From: Vicugna vicugna
Taxonomy: Eukaryota
Reading direction: 5' to 3'
Assembly: GCA_013265495.1 (NCBI GenBank)
Contig: MU058423.1
Coordinates: forward strand, 8,045,627 to 8,109,626
Length of the DNA stretch: 64,000 nt
Part shown: positions 50,911-63,440 of the stretch, piece by piece
Layout: each line of letters opens with the position of its first letter
How positions within the stretch are numbered: the stretch's first letter is position 1
Notes under the pieces: model-generated
Seen by the model: only the letters and a program-made list of their open reading frames with translations
Told to the model about the DNA's origin: nothing
Databases searched by the model: none
Made by a program: the position numbers and the translations under genes

Positions 50911-51584
50911 AGAAGTTTTAAGAATAAAAAAACAATTAGATTCTGTCATTTACTAAAGGCTTACATGCAAGATGAAATGAAAAAGGCAACTACCAGACAG
51001 AAGCTGGGCAAATGCCACATTTTAGTTCTTAACAAATTAAATTACCGACTGCTGTTAATACACGAGTGTCTCAATCATCTTCCAAGAACTCTGCTGAAGA
51101 CAGAGGGGAGAAAAGATCTCATGACACGTAGGTAGGAAAGAACAGAACAGAACTCACGACACTCAGGTAGGAAAGGTGAGACCTCCCGTTATTCAGAGGA
51201 GAAAAGAAAATGAGTCTTCAAGTCGTTACTTGGCAAATGTCAAAAAAGCTAGTTAAAAGGATGCTAATAACATCAATTTGAAAGAGGTCACAGTATTTGT
51301 AAACAACTGAAGATCATTAAATAGCTTAGAGTGATTTCCCATTTGAATAAAACATTTCACCTCTTTGCTACTTGAAATTTCAAATTTTAAAATATGTGAC
51401 ATGAAGTTCTATTAACTACAGAGGCTGTTTTCTTCAGAATCTCTGGATGAATAAGATAGACATGAGAGCCAGATGTTACTTGGTTGTATGAATGTACAGC
51501 TGACTGAATGACTGTATCCAGAGAATGGCACACTGTGTTTTTACCTCTGCCTTGCTCTTTGCAGTATTTTCAACAATAATCAAA

Positions 51585-52725
51585 AAGTAGATTAAAATAA
51601 ACTAAGGGACTACATCAAACTAAAAAGCTTTTCTAGAGCAAAGAAAACCATCAACAAAATGAAAAGGCAGCCTACAAAATGGGAGAAAATATTTGCAAAT
51701 CATATACCTGATAAGAAGTTGATATCCAAAATATACAGAAAAACTTACACAACTCAACAGAACAAAACAATATGATTCGATTTACAAAATGGACAGAGGA
51801 ATTGAATAGGCATTTTTCCAAAAAAGACATACAAATGAGCAAAAGGTACATGAAAAGATGCTCAACATCACTAATCATCACTAACCATTACTTCACACCT
51901 TTTCAGAATCACTAGCATCAAAATGATGAGGTAAGTGTTAGAGAGGATGCGGAGAAGAAAGAACCCTTGTGCACTATTGGTGGCATTGTAAATTAGTGCA
52001 GCCACTATGGAAAGCAGTATGGAGGTTCCTCAAAAAATTAAAAGTAGAACTACCATACAATCCAGCAATCTCACTTCTGGGGCATACACCCAAAGGAAAT
52101 GAAAACAAGATCTCAGAGAGATATCTGCTTTCCCATGTTCACTGCAGCATTATTTGCAATAGTCAAGATATGTAAACAGCCTAAGTGTCTGTCAGTGAAT
52201 GAATAGAGAAGGCACACACACACACAGTGGAATATTATTAAGTCACGAGAAAGAAAAAATCCTGCCATTTGCAGCAACATGGATGGAATTTGAAGGCGTT
52301 ATGTTAATCAGACAGAGAAAGACAAATACTATACAACATTACTTACATGTGGAAACTTAAGGGGAAAAAAAATTAAATCAGATAGAGTAGAAAAGTGGTT
52401 GTCAGGGGCTGAAGGATGGAGAACTAGAGAAAGGTTGGTAAAAGGGTACAGACTTTCAGCTATAAGATAAATAGGTCTAAGGATGTACTATATAACATGA
52501 TAACTAGGTAACTGTAGTCGATGACACTGAATTTAATAAATGAAGTTTGCTAAAAGAGTAAAACTTAAATATTCTTATTGAAAAAAAAAAGACTAATATA
52601 TGAAGTCATGGATGGGTTAATTAACCAGATGATAGAATCCTTTCACAATGCATGTATATCAAATACCATTTTAAATATCATATAATTCTGTGTGTCACTT
52701 ATACCTCAATAAAACTGAAAAACTA
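51585..52725 (+). mobile_element. L1 (L1MA-like) ORF2 end and 3'UTR, splitting an L3/CR1 relic
   Basis: 'gggactacatcaaactaaaaagctt...[24 protein letters not shown]...ttatacctcaataaaactg'. Confidence 0.9.
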
Positions 52726-52779
52726 TAGTATATATATCTTGCAACCTTATTAAATCATTATGGGACATAAATCAGTATC

Positions 52780-53244
52780 CAATGTGAATTCAGTAACAGT
52801 AAAGATGGACCACATGTGCAGAAAAAAATTTAATTTAAAAAAAATGAGCACCACAACTATAGAATAAAGAAATATGAGTTGAAAATATCTGTGTCAAAAA
52901 GTTAGGAGTTAGATTAAACCTAAGAAGAATGTGAGTCAGTAGCAAAATAAGGAGTTCAAAAAAGAATTGATTCCATATTCATTTATGTAGCCAGAAATAC
53001 ACAGCTCAGAGAAAGAGAAGTCACATGTGTTCTCTCCCTGAATAAATCAATCTTGGGAATACTAAGCTCATTTTAAGTGAGACACTTTGAGAAAGATATT
53101 GAGAAATGGATGCATGTCCAGAGCATCAAGGTCAAGATGGTGAAGAAAGGTCTGGAGACAAGGTATTCATTCATGGGATGCTTGAAAGAGCTGCATCTGG
53201 CTGACCTGGGAAAGACAGAGCTGCCTCCATACATTTAAGAAGTT
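52780..53244 (+). mobile_element. L3/CR1 relic
   Basis: 'ttgagaaatggatgcatgtccagagcatcaaggtcaagatggtgaagaaaggtctggagac' resembles the CR1/L3 3' region; a related piece lies near 51470-51580. Confidence 0.55.
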
Positions 53245-53545
53245 GAAACAGAAACAGATTCACAGACATAGTAAACAATTTTATGGTTACCAGGGGAAAG
53301 GGAGTGGGAAGGGATAGATTTGGGAGTTTGAGATTTGCAAATGATAACCACCATATATAAAAACAGATTAAAAAAAAACAAATTTCTTCTGTATAGCACA
53401 GGGAACTATATTCAATATCTTGTAATAACTTTTAATGAAAAAGAATATGAAAGCAAATATATGTATATATATGCATGACTGGCACATTTTGCTGTACACC
53501 AGAAACTGACACATTGTAACTGACTATACTTCAATAAAAATTTTT
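53245..53545 (+). mobile_element. Short L1 3'UTR insertion (same subfamily as 45532-46314)
   Basis: Closely similar to ~46018-46310 within this window. Confidence 0.92.
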
Positions 53546-53969
53546 TCCTAATTTTTTAAAAAGTGTCCTTGTTGACACCTGATTAAAAGTAGGAGGCTTC
53601 TGAAAATGAAAAGCAATTAGCACTATAAAATCACTGGCTACTGCAATCCCAACGATCCAAAATAGCACTCCTCCCCTCCCCGTATTTCCATAATTTCCTG
53701 GAGGAAGTTGCTTACATTCTGCAAGCCATTTTCTCCACCCTTACCTGTTACTCCTGCTCTCAGTATTTTCTCATATGTGGCTCTGGTTGCCTCACCCTCT
53801 TCCTACAACTGTCCTAGATTCTCTCACCCTCAGCCACCCCCCTTTCATTGCACCATTACACCATGCTGTTACTGGCTTTAACTGAAACCTTTGGTTTGGT
53901 GAGTAACCTTTAAGGGCAAAATAACACAAAACAAAAAAGTATATAATTAAATATCAAAAACCAATGTTC

Positions 53970-54387
53970 TGTTAAAAAGAAAAAACACAGGCCCAAGAAG
54001 GATTCATTTATGCCAGGTCATGCCACCAAATCCAGACTTAATATCTAGCCTAACTGAGGCTTCAACTCTCCTAGAAGGGGAATCTTAACTGTCAGCCAGG
54101 GATTTTCTGAGCAGTACCGATGAAACAATCTTGGGCCATCTCCCTCCCCCGAAAGAAGATGTGATAACCTGCCACGTAAATTCCTTTCTTCCATAAGTGT
54201 TTACCTAAGCCTGAGATAATCTTTTTTGTTGATAATTTTCTTCTCCTGACCTTAAAAACCTCTCCCATTCTGTAGCCCTTTGGAGCTCCTCTCTACTTGC
54301 TAGATGGGATGCTGCTGGATTCACGAATTGTTCACTGAAGCCAATCAGACCTTCAAAATTCACTCAGTTGAGTTTTGTTATTTAACA
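53970..54387 (+). mobile_element. ERV1-class solo LTR (MER34-like)
   Basis: Inverted termini tgttaaa...tttaaca; perfect 4-bp TSD gttc (53966-53969 / 54388-54391). Confidence 0.85.
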
Positions 54388-54951
54388 GTTCTTTGAGTGG
54401 ATTTGCCTACCACCCGGGTTTTGGACACTGTTTATATTCTTGTTTCTTCTCTGAATCTCAGAACTGCAAACTCCAGCCTTTAGATCACCACTACATCAAA
54501 ACCAAGTTCCTATTCCTTTATGAAACTTTATTCTCTTTTACTCATATTCTCCCCTTCATATGCAATAATGTGGGACTTGCTTTCATAATGTTTCAAAATT
54601 TGTCTTCCTAAAGAGAAGAGACTTCTAGCCATACTTCCATCTTTAATTTTTCAAAGAACTTCTTAAAACCTTAAAGGTTCTAGTCACCAGTTACATACAA
54701 CGTGTGGGGGGGGAGGGGTGGTTAGGAGAGCGGTTTCCCACACTACCAAAAGCGCCAGCAGGGTGTCCAAGAACTCAACTCAGTTTGGACACTATCTAGC
54801 CCGAGATCGTGACAGATTCCATAGGTCCACTTCAGATGCCAAAGGCCAACCCAAGTTGTCATCTGTGCTTTTGACCAACCCACACCACTCCCAGTATGTT
54901 ATCTAAACCAACAGATCAGAAGTGCCAATGACCCCCATCCTGGGGTTCAAC

Positions 54952-55770
54952 TACTACTTCCCCCCTTATCTGTGGGGGATCGTTCCAAGACCCCCAGTGG
55001 ATGCCTGAAACCACAGAAAGTACCAAACCCTGTATGGACTAAGTTTTTTTCCCTAAATAGCCATACCTATGATAAAGGTTACTTTATGAATCAGGCACAG
55101 TAGGAGGCTAACAACAACAAATGAAAAAATAGAACAATTATAACTATATGCTTCAGTCAGAGTTACGTGGATGTGGTCTCTCTTTCAAACTATCTTACTG
55201 TGTAAATCTAATGCCTGTTCCATTTTAACAAAGCACTTAGCATGCACTGTGGCCATAACTTTTGTAGTCTGAGGTGCAACAGCAAAATTAGCATGAATTT
55301 CTTTTTCCTTCTTGATAATTTCACAGATAGAAGATTCGTTCTTACCATAGATCTTAGCAACCTCAGCATACAACTTTTTTTCTTTCCTTATTAAGTGAAG
55401 AGCTTTCACCTTTTCACTTAAAGGAAGCACTTTCAGGCTTCTCTTTGGCACATCTGAACTTCTGGTATCACCAACTCTTGCGCTTTGGGGCCATCATTAA
55501 GAAAAGTACGGGTTACTTGAACACAAGCATGGTAATACCGTGCAGTCGATCTGATAACCCAGAAGGTGACTAAGGCTGGGCAGTGTATTCAGCATAGATA
55601 CTCTGGACAGAAGATGATTCAGTCCCAGGCGTGATGGAACAGGACAGCACGAGGTATCATCACACTGCTCAGAATGCCACACAATTTAAAACTTATAATT
55701 GTTTATTTACGGAATTTTCCTTTTAATATTTTCAGACCATGGTGAAACCACGGATAGGCAGGGACTACTG
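54952..55770 (-). mobile_element. Tigger7/MER44-type TcMar-Tigger DNA transposon with transposase N-terminal remnant
   Basis: TIR-like ends 'ctacttccccccttatctgtgg' / 'ccacggataggcagggactactg'. Minus-strand peptide MAPKRKS/fs/GDTRSSDVPKRSLKVLPLSEKVKALHLIRKEKKLYAEVAKIYGKNESSICEI is HTH/CENP-B-like. Strand given is that of the coding remnant. Confidence 0.9.
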
Positions 55771-55849
55771 TGACTTGTTAGTGCAGCTCACAGAACTCAG
55801 GGAAATGCCTTTATTTACTAGATTACTGGTTAATTATCCCAAAAAAGGA

Positions 55850-56194
55850 TGTTGACCTTTAATAAATAGAATGGAAGGTATTTCTCCAGTAAAGATGGAT
55901 TTATTAAGGATCAGCAGAGAATTGCAGTTCGGGATCTGCCATCATGGTGAGCCACACACAAGTCCCTGCAGAGATGAGAATAGTCTTACACAGAGGAAAG
56001 GAAGTTGAGAAGGCTGCAGTAAACAAAGAGTCCATGGCTTTTCACTGGCTTTTCATCGGCTGAGTCCCTGCCAGGAAAGAAGAGGTGTCTGTCTTCCTCA
56101 GGCTGGGCTCTGCTATCATCGCAGGGCATGGGAACTCTGTCTTCTAGTCTCTCAACTGTATTTAATTCAGGTTCCTGCTTATTAATACTTTACA
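55850..56194 (-). mobile_element. ERV solo LTR nested in MER21 (family unassigned)
   Basis: TG...CA ends; MER21-like sequence resumes on either side. Confidence 0.65.
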
Positions 56195-58399
56195 GGGCTG
56201 TAACTTAGGGACAACCAGATGGAAGAGATACAGGGCAAGGCATAGGGAAAGGGTGCCAGTCTCTGTGAAGCTCCAAGTGTTCACCAACCCAGAAGCTCTC
56301 TGAACACGTCTTTTGGGTATTTTTCTGGAGGCTTTATTACTTGAGCATCATTGATTACATCATTGGCCATCGGCGATTGGTTCAACCTCCAGCCCCTCTC
56401 CCCTACCCAGAGGTCAGAGGGGTAGAACTCAAAGTTCCAACCCTCTACCTAATTGGCTTCACTTGCAACCAGCTCCCACCATGAGGTGAGGTTCAAAACC
56501 CACCTCATTAACATAACAAAAGACATCATTGTCTCTCTCATATCGTAGGAAATTCCAAGGGGTTTAGGAGCTCTGGGCCAGAAACGGGGATGAAGACCAA
56601 ATACATATTTCTTATTATAAATTACAGTATCACAGACTTAAACTTTTTATTTAGGACTTCACAAATTACCAAGTTCTTAGAAGGGTTCAAGATCAACATC
56701 ACTGTGTTCTCCTCCATCACTGTTTTTCTGAAAACAAAAGAGTAAATGGGTAATAGAAAACTGAGCCCCCTTCTACCTAAAGCAAACCCCAGGTGGGGTA
56801 CAGCAATAATTTTTGTTGTTACATCAGGAAGAGCTTTCTAACTTTTGGTGCTATCAGCAAAGGAAATGGGCTGATTGTTTAGATACTGAATTCCCCCACA
56901 ACTGGATTTATTCCAGAACAGATGCCAACTTACTATTTGAGGTACTATTACTGGGTAGAAAGCCAAATGAAAATCTCATCCAACTCTAGAAGTGTCTGGT
57001 TCTATTAATTAGTTCCTTTAGCATTGATAGTAAAGCCCTAGAAATGCCCCTTGTGGAATGAGAACACCCCATAACACAGAAGGAAAAAAAAAAAGAAAAA
57101 CAAAACAAGGTAAGGCTAAGAGGCTTCTGTCCCACTAATATTTTACCAGTGAGTAAGACAAAGAACAGTGCACTTTGTTCATCTTTACTCAGTCCAAAGA
57201 AACTGCATTTTAATGAGAACCACCTCATCTACCTCTTTAAAATCCTCTGCTAATCTTTCAGTTTGGGTTAATGACATTTCTCACAAAGAACAACTCCAAT
57301 CTTTGAACCACAGTTATCCAACTCAATTCAAATCCTTAAAGCCTTTTCTTCTCAACTGTGTCTGATTCTAAGTAATTTCTCTAATTCTCAAATTAATCCT
57401 CATTAGTAGAAGACTCCTCTTTGGGGAAACCAAAGTCCCTTTCCTAATTATGATTGTCCACTTAAGTAGGGCTAGGTCTAATAGGTGGTTTTATTAAAAG
57501 AATTTTGTAGGATATCAAACTCTTTCTTTTTATATTGAGCTGAAATGAGTTGCCTGTGGCACAGCTGACACACCAATGTTCCCAGCTCAGCAATCGATGC
57601 ATGTATCTACACAATGAATTTAGCTACAGGAATCACTGACAAGCCTAGTAACAGTCAAAATTAATCAAAGTGGCATCACATGTCAACGCATGTTCTACAC
57701 TTCTTTTCTTGTGAATATAAAACGATGAGTCCAGACTTGGCATATTGGCGTTGGGAAATTCAAACCATTTGTGCCTTCATTAAAACATACCTCTCCATCA
57801 ATTTTTGGGTAAATATTAACCACAGACGTTTTCATTATAGTCTGTTAACCACAATAGGTTTGAGGTAAAGACCATCTGTGTTGTTTTCTAGTCTCCTAAA
57901 TACAGAGGCAGATTCTTCTCTAAAGTCATGGCTTGGCTACAGCCATCCTTCAGCCCCAGCTTCTGTATCAGCTTGACGCACCGAGATGTTGCCTTTCTTC
58001 CAGGCGCCCTTGTCCAGGACAATCCCAGTAAAGGCCTAAGAGTCTCTAAGTGTAGTTCTAGTCACATGGTTCCCGGTGAAAGTCATTCCACTAGGGATGA
58101 AGTTCAAGACGCAGCGAGGTGAGGCAGCCCAGGAATTCCCTCTGGTCACTGCTCCTTGAGGCACTCCCTCTGGGAAACTGACTTATCCTGTAGGTCATGG
58201 GGGAAATGTCCAAATGCCCTCAGAGTCCTAAAATGCTATCACTTAGCCCAAACATTCTGCAGGTTGTTTCAAACATTATGACCATTACTAAACTTCAAAA
58301 CTTACAGATCCCCATTATTAAACCATAAATGACACCTGATTCACTCTCATCTTCTTTGGTAACTGTCATTATAAGGTTTACTCCACTGTGTTATTCTTT

Positions 58400-58590
58400 A
58401 CTGACATGATAACATTTATTTCTCATAATAATCATACTAGGTGGTGATTTCTTTATCCTTTAAAAGATGAGAAAAATAAGGCTCAGGTTGGTTGCCTAAG
58501 ATAACACTCTTGTAAGTGACAGACAGGATTCTAACCGGATCTGTCATACTCTGAATCTGCTGCTATTCCCAGTGTATCGCACTGTCTCCT
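58400..58590 (-). mobile_element. MIR SINE
   Basis: 'agatgagaaaaataaggctcagg...ttgcctaagataacac...gtaagtgacagacaggattctaacc'. Confidence 0.75.
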
Positions 58591-59940
58591 CATTTTAAGC
58601 ACTAAAATATTCAAGCAATCAAGCGCTATAACATGGTCTTGTTATCTGTAAGTGTATCTCCACCTGCACTGAAACGTTTCAGAGACGTACTCTTGGGGCC
58701 AGTTGCTTCATTCCCTGTGGCATCTGTCACCTCATTCCCACTTCTTTAAGTACGTAGAATACAGAAAACAAAAGCCCCAAGACATGCCCTCCATTAGCAG
58801 GGACTAGACCCCAATCACAAATTAATCGATTATTGTTCTAGGCCACTTGAGAAGCATGGCGGGGAGGGGAAACCAGCCGCTGGCTTTCTAGTTCCACAAG
58901 CACTTCAGTGATCTTTAATCTGACAAGTCACTATTTTTGTTGTTATTTTTAGCATTATTGAGCTTTGTAAATTGTATAATGTATACACACCGTCAAAGAG
59001 TAATTTTCAAGAATATACTCAACACTGGCAAGTTTGTTATAAGAATGGTGTTATACACTTCAGGAAGCAACACAACCTTACTTAAAAAACCTTGGCTATA
59101 CGTATTCAAGACTTAAGACATTTAAAGTGTTTATAACATTTGAACCAGTAATCCCACTTGTGGAAATCTATCACAAGGAAATAATCAGAAATGCCAACAA
59201 AAAATATTGCCACAGTATTATTTGAATAGTGACAAAGTGGAACAAAGAGGAAATGGTTAAATTATGGTATTCATGGAACTAAACATTGCACAATTGTTAT
59301 TACGCTATAAAAGTAGAGGGTAAAATTGCAGACTGTAGCACTTCGGTATCTATCTTTTTAATGGAAGGGATGCCAAAGTCAAAAGTGGTAGGACTGAAAA
59401 GCTAAAAAGAAAATAAATTTCACCTTCTAAAATTTTCTAGAAAGGGAAAAAAAAGATGTGGTTATACAATGAACAAAAAATATGCTGAAAATTCCTTGTG
59501 AACAATTTTTGTATCAAGAACGTCTTTGAACGGTGGCTTTTAAATCCTTCCAGACCTAGCTTAGGACTCAGGGCAACTGGGATATTACAAAATGTCACTT
59601 ACAGCTTTTTCCCTCAGTCCACTAGGATTTATTATAATCAAGTTTTACTGCATTCCATTAGCAAAAATACATGCCTAAGTGTGTGTTGTCTGGTAATTAT
59701 ACTCTGCATTTGGCCTGATACTGCTGCTTGCACCTGAGGCATGCACTGGTGGCCCTAAAACACGTGCCTTATTGATCCTCGCCATTAAATTTGCAATTAT
59801 AGTGCTATCCAGACTATCGGGCCCCTGGAACCCAGTAGCCAAACCATCTGAATCTAAGAAAAAGAAAGTGCCCTTGTCCCTGATGCCATCAGTTGGAATC
59901 CTCACTCCCCACAAAAAAGAAACAAAGCTTAAGTGAGATT

Positions 59941-60385
59941 TGTATGAGTTAACTGTTGCTACAATACTACCGTTAACAAACTACACCCCAAATCAGCCTT
60001 CATTTAGTTCACAAGTCAGTGCAAAAGCAGTTTAGACTAGGTGGAACCCCTGCTATCAGCCGGACTGGCTTGTCCACCGACGGTCGGCTGGCTGTCAGCG
60101 GGGAGACCTGACTCTGTTCCTCGTGTCTCGCACATCCCTCCAGAAAGCTAAGACGGGTGCGTTCCCTTAAGCAATGCACAAGTGCAAGAGCAGAAGCAGC
60201 AGTTAACAAGCACCTTTTCAAATATCTACATACATCAGATCTGCAAATCACATGGCCAACCTCAGCATCCAGAGACAGAAAGAAACTTTACCTCTTTGGT
60301 GACAGGAACTACAAAGTCACAAAGCACAGGCCAGGGTGAAAGAAAGGGTAAAGAACTGGGGCCACTGATGCAATTAATCTGTGGA
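59941..60385 (-). mobile_element. MaLR LTR (MLT1I/J-like)
   Basis: 'tgtatgagttaactgttgctacaatactaccgttaacaaactacacccc...ggaactacaaagtcaca...aagaactggggcc'. Confidence 0.7.
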
Positions 60386-60949
60386 AAAGGTACATCTATA
60401 TTCCTATTGTACTCAACTAATCTCTTTTCCAGCAAGAAGCTTCCATCAGTGCCACAGTGGCTCACATTGCCCCAGAGGTGATTTCTGTAATCTAAAGTAG
60501 GAGCAAAATTGGCCAAAATATAACTTTAAAAACAAAAATCCTTGCTACTCTTGTCACCTTAGACACTGTCACACAATCCCCTAATTGGCAACCACTCATG
60601 GGTGAAGCAGAGTATATTGAAAGGTAACATTAAATATATGTATTATATATGTTATATAAATTAAAATATTAAAAGTAATATAATAATATATAAATAAATT
60701 AAACTAATTAGATTAATTAAAATTATTACATTAAAAAACACAACCATTTGTAAATTAATCATTACTTTTATGCTTAGAAGAAGGAAAATTAAGGCTATGA
60801 ATAAAACCAAAGCTTTTTCAACAGAATTTGCTGATCAATTCCTTCAAAAATAGTAAGTCTTTTCCTTTCTCTTACACTGATACGGTGCTATGCCTTTTAT
60901 GGTCCCCAGGCAACTAAGCCTATATATCGATTGATCATCTATCTTTACT

Positions 60950-61255
60950 TCTAGACCAGACCTGTGTACAAGCAAGTCTCATGTACTCAGCACAGGACAG
61001 CTCTTCTAGGACATGAGCCTCCCCAAGGAGGGTAGCCCAGAACGGTGAAGGGTGAGAGCAGAAGCTGCAAAACCTTTTGATGTCTAGGTTCAAAAGGAAC
61101 AGAGCATCCTTTCCACTGCATTTTACAAGGCCATTCCACATCCAAGGGGTCAGGAAATCAACTCACCCCCTGATGAGAAGAGTGACAAAGTAACATTACA
61201 AAGGGGTGTAAGTATTGGGATGGGAGAAATTACTGAGGTCATTTGTGCAAAGTTT
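60950..61255 (-). mobile_element. MaLR LTR fragment (MLT1H-like)
   Basis: 'gcagaagctgcaaaaccttt...tgatgagaagagtgacaaagtaacattacaaaggggtg'. Confidence 0.65.
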
Positions 61256-61946
61256 CTGTCCCGAATGGTGATAATCATACCCATTTCACAGTGTTAGTAT
61301 AAGGATCTGAGAAATAAAAGAAAAACATTTTATAGATTATGTACAATTAGAAATAACACATTCAATTCAAAAAGAAAATGCCCATGAGAATTTGATCCTG
61401 CAGATGGCCTACGTATAACCAGACTTACTAGATCTGACTAGTGGCTCAACACTTGCCCCAGTGACCCCTGCCATTCTCCCTACCCAGAACTGCCTTCTAA
61501 ATCTGTGGGGTGGACTCGTGATTTGTTGTAAATATATATTCGATTGCATGTTTTTTCCATGATTTTGGCTCTGTCATTACCTATAGATTTTTACTTAAAA
61601 GTAAGAAAGAGAACTTCTTTCTCTATCTTATAGCCAGAGATGCAGAGATGCAGAAAGTTTCTTTACTGAAATGACTGCTGTGTACGTACTTCAATTTGCC
61701 TTCAGAGCGTCCGTTCTTCCCAGTTCACCATTTACTGTTTTTTTAATGAAGTAAGACTTTTATCCCCTTCTTCAAGCCTAAGGAATATTCGTGGACAGCT
61801 TTCCCAGAACATGAGCTTGTTTCACCACCACTGCTGTTGCTGCTGCTGCTCACCTGGTAACTCCACGGCTCGAACCCAGCTGCCAACCCAGCAAAGAGCA
61901 GCCTTTAAGCCACCACAGACTATGCAGAAAAACCATGATGCCTTAA

Positions 61947-62396
61947 TGTAGTGGGTTGCTTTAAAATAGTGACCCTGAAACAGATGTCCAAGTTCTAATC
62001 CGTGGAACCTCTACAGATGATTTTATTTAGAAAAAGGGTCTTTGTAGATGTAATTAAGCTAGAATCTTGAGATGAGGTCATCCTGGGTTTAGGGTGAGCC
62101 CTGAATCCATGTATCTTTATAGGAAGAGAGGATACAAAAAGACGCAGGGAAGAAGAGCATGGCTGGAGACAGAGGCAGATAGGCTTTATCTTGCCATAAG
62201 CCAGGGAATGCCTGGAGCCACCAGAAGCTAGAGGAGACAAGGAAGGGTCCTCCCCTAGAGCCTTTAGATGGAGTATGACCTGGGGATACCTTGGTCTCAG
62301 AATTCTGGCCTCCAGAGCTGCAACAGAATACATTTCAGTTGTTTTAATCCATCTAGTTTGTGATGATTTGTTATGACAGTCTTAGAAACTAATATA
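61947..62396 (+). mobile_element. MaLR solo LTR (MLT1C-like)
   Basis: 'tgtagtgggttg...ggagccaccagaagctagaggagacaaggaagg...tagaaactaatata'; TSD cttaa/cttta. Confidence 0.9.
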
Positions 62397-62994
62397 CTTT
62401 ACTCGAACATTCCCAAGATCCACACAAGCAGAAACCAACAGAATGGTCCCTGGACTTCAGTTGCCTGCCTTTGATTGAGAAGATGGCTTCTGTTTCCTAC
62501 TGCCCCAGGTGTATCACTGAGTCACTCAATGATCCATCCCATCCCTCCAGGCAGGAGATACCCTGGCTGGGAGCCCAGCCTCTGCCTCCACACACACAAA
62601 CCTGTCATTGTAACATTCCTGCTTCATGGCCTCTACTTTCTGAGCTGCTAACACACAAATGCTTATCACAAAATTGATTCTTTACTCCCCTTTCTGTATC
62701 TTATCAGGCAGGGAAATTTGGGAGTTCCCAAGGTTTAAAAATGTAAGTAGCTGAGGACGTTAAGTATTTTTGTGGGTGTGTGAGTGTGTGTGTGCATGCA
62801 CATGTGAAGCTGTGGGCAGCAGATGTAAGGTTCCTGATAGATTACGTATTGGCAACTTGCTGTTGCAGAACCGATGACTCCAAAACTCAGTGGCTTAAAC
62901 CAACAGAAATGATTAAATTAAGTATCCCAAGGACTAGAAAAAGCTAATCTGGAATTTAACAACTACTTTTAGAAGAAGTGAATGGGATACCCGT

Positions 62995-63440
62995 CCTCTA
63001 GAATATCCCCCATGATCTCTGCCTCCTGGCATTTATGCCTTTGTGCAGGGTCAAGGTTGCTGAGTGCAACCAGCAGAATTCTGTACAAGGGATGATATGT
63101 CACCTCCAAGGTGAGTTCTTAAAAGACATTGCTATTTCTGTCTCCCAACCCTCCTCTCTCTGATAATGTGCCCTGATACAGGCCAGCTGCCGTGTCATGA
63201 GGAAGGGTCCCTGTGGTGAGAAACTGAGACCCCCTAGCCAGTAGCCAGTGAGGAATTGAGACCTTCTGCTAACAGCCATATGAGAACACAATCTGGGAAG
63301 CAGATCCTTCAGCCCCAGTCAAGCCTTCGGATGACTGTTCCTCCAGTTGACATCTGAATTGTAAGAGATGATGTCCCATCTGACCTCGTGAGCGCCTCTG
63401 AGCCAGAACTCCTCAGTTAAGCTACTTTGGAATTCCAGAA
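62995..63440 (+). mobile_element. MaLR LTR (MLT1F-like), partial
   Basis: 'cccatgatctctgcctcctggcatttatgcctttgtg...agccagtgaggaattgagaccttctgctaacagcc...gccccagtcaagccttcggatgact'. Confidence 0.8.

Larger units (their letters stand above)
54683..56634 (-). mobile_element. MER21-like LTR, interrupted by Tigger7/MER44 and a second LTR
   Basis: Minus strand starts 'tgtgatactgtaatttataataagaaatatgtatttggtcttc'; internal 'gcagctcacagaactcagggaaa'. Confidence 0.8.

Noticed and set aside
50686..51135. 149-aa ORF
   Set aside because: Starts at TTG inside an LTR relic and reads into unrelated flank.
60625..60740. Extremely AT-rich tract
   Set aside because: Low-complexity sequence without periodicity or other supporting features.
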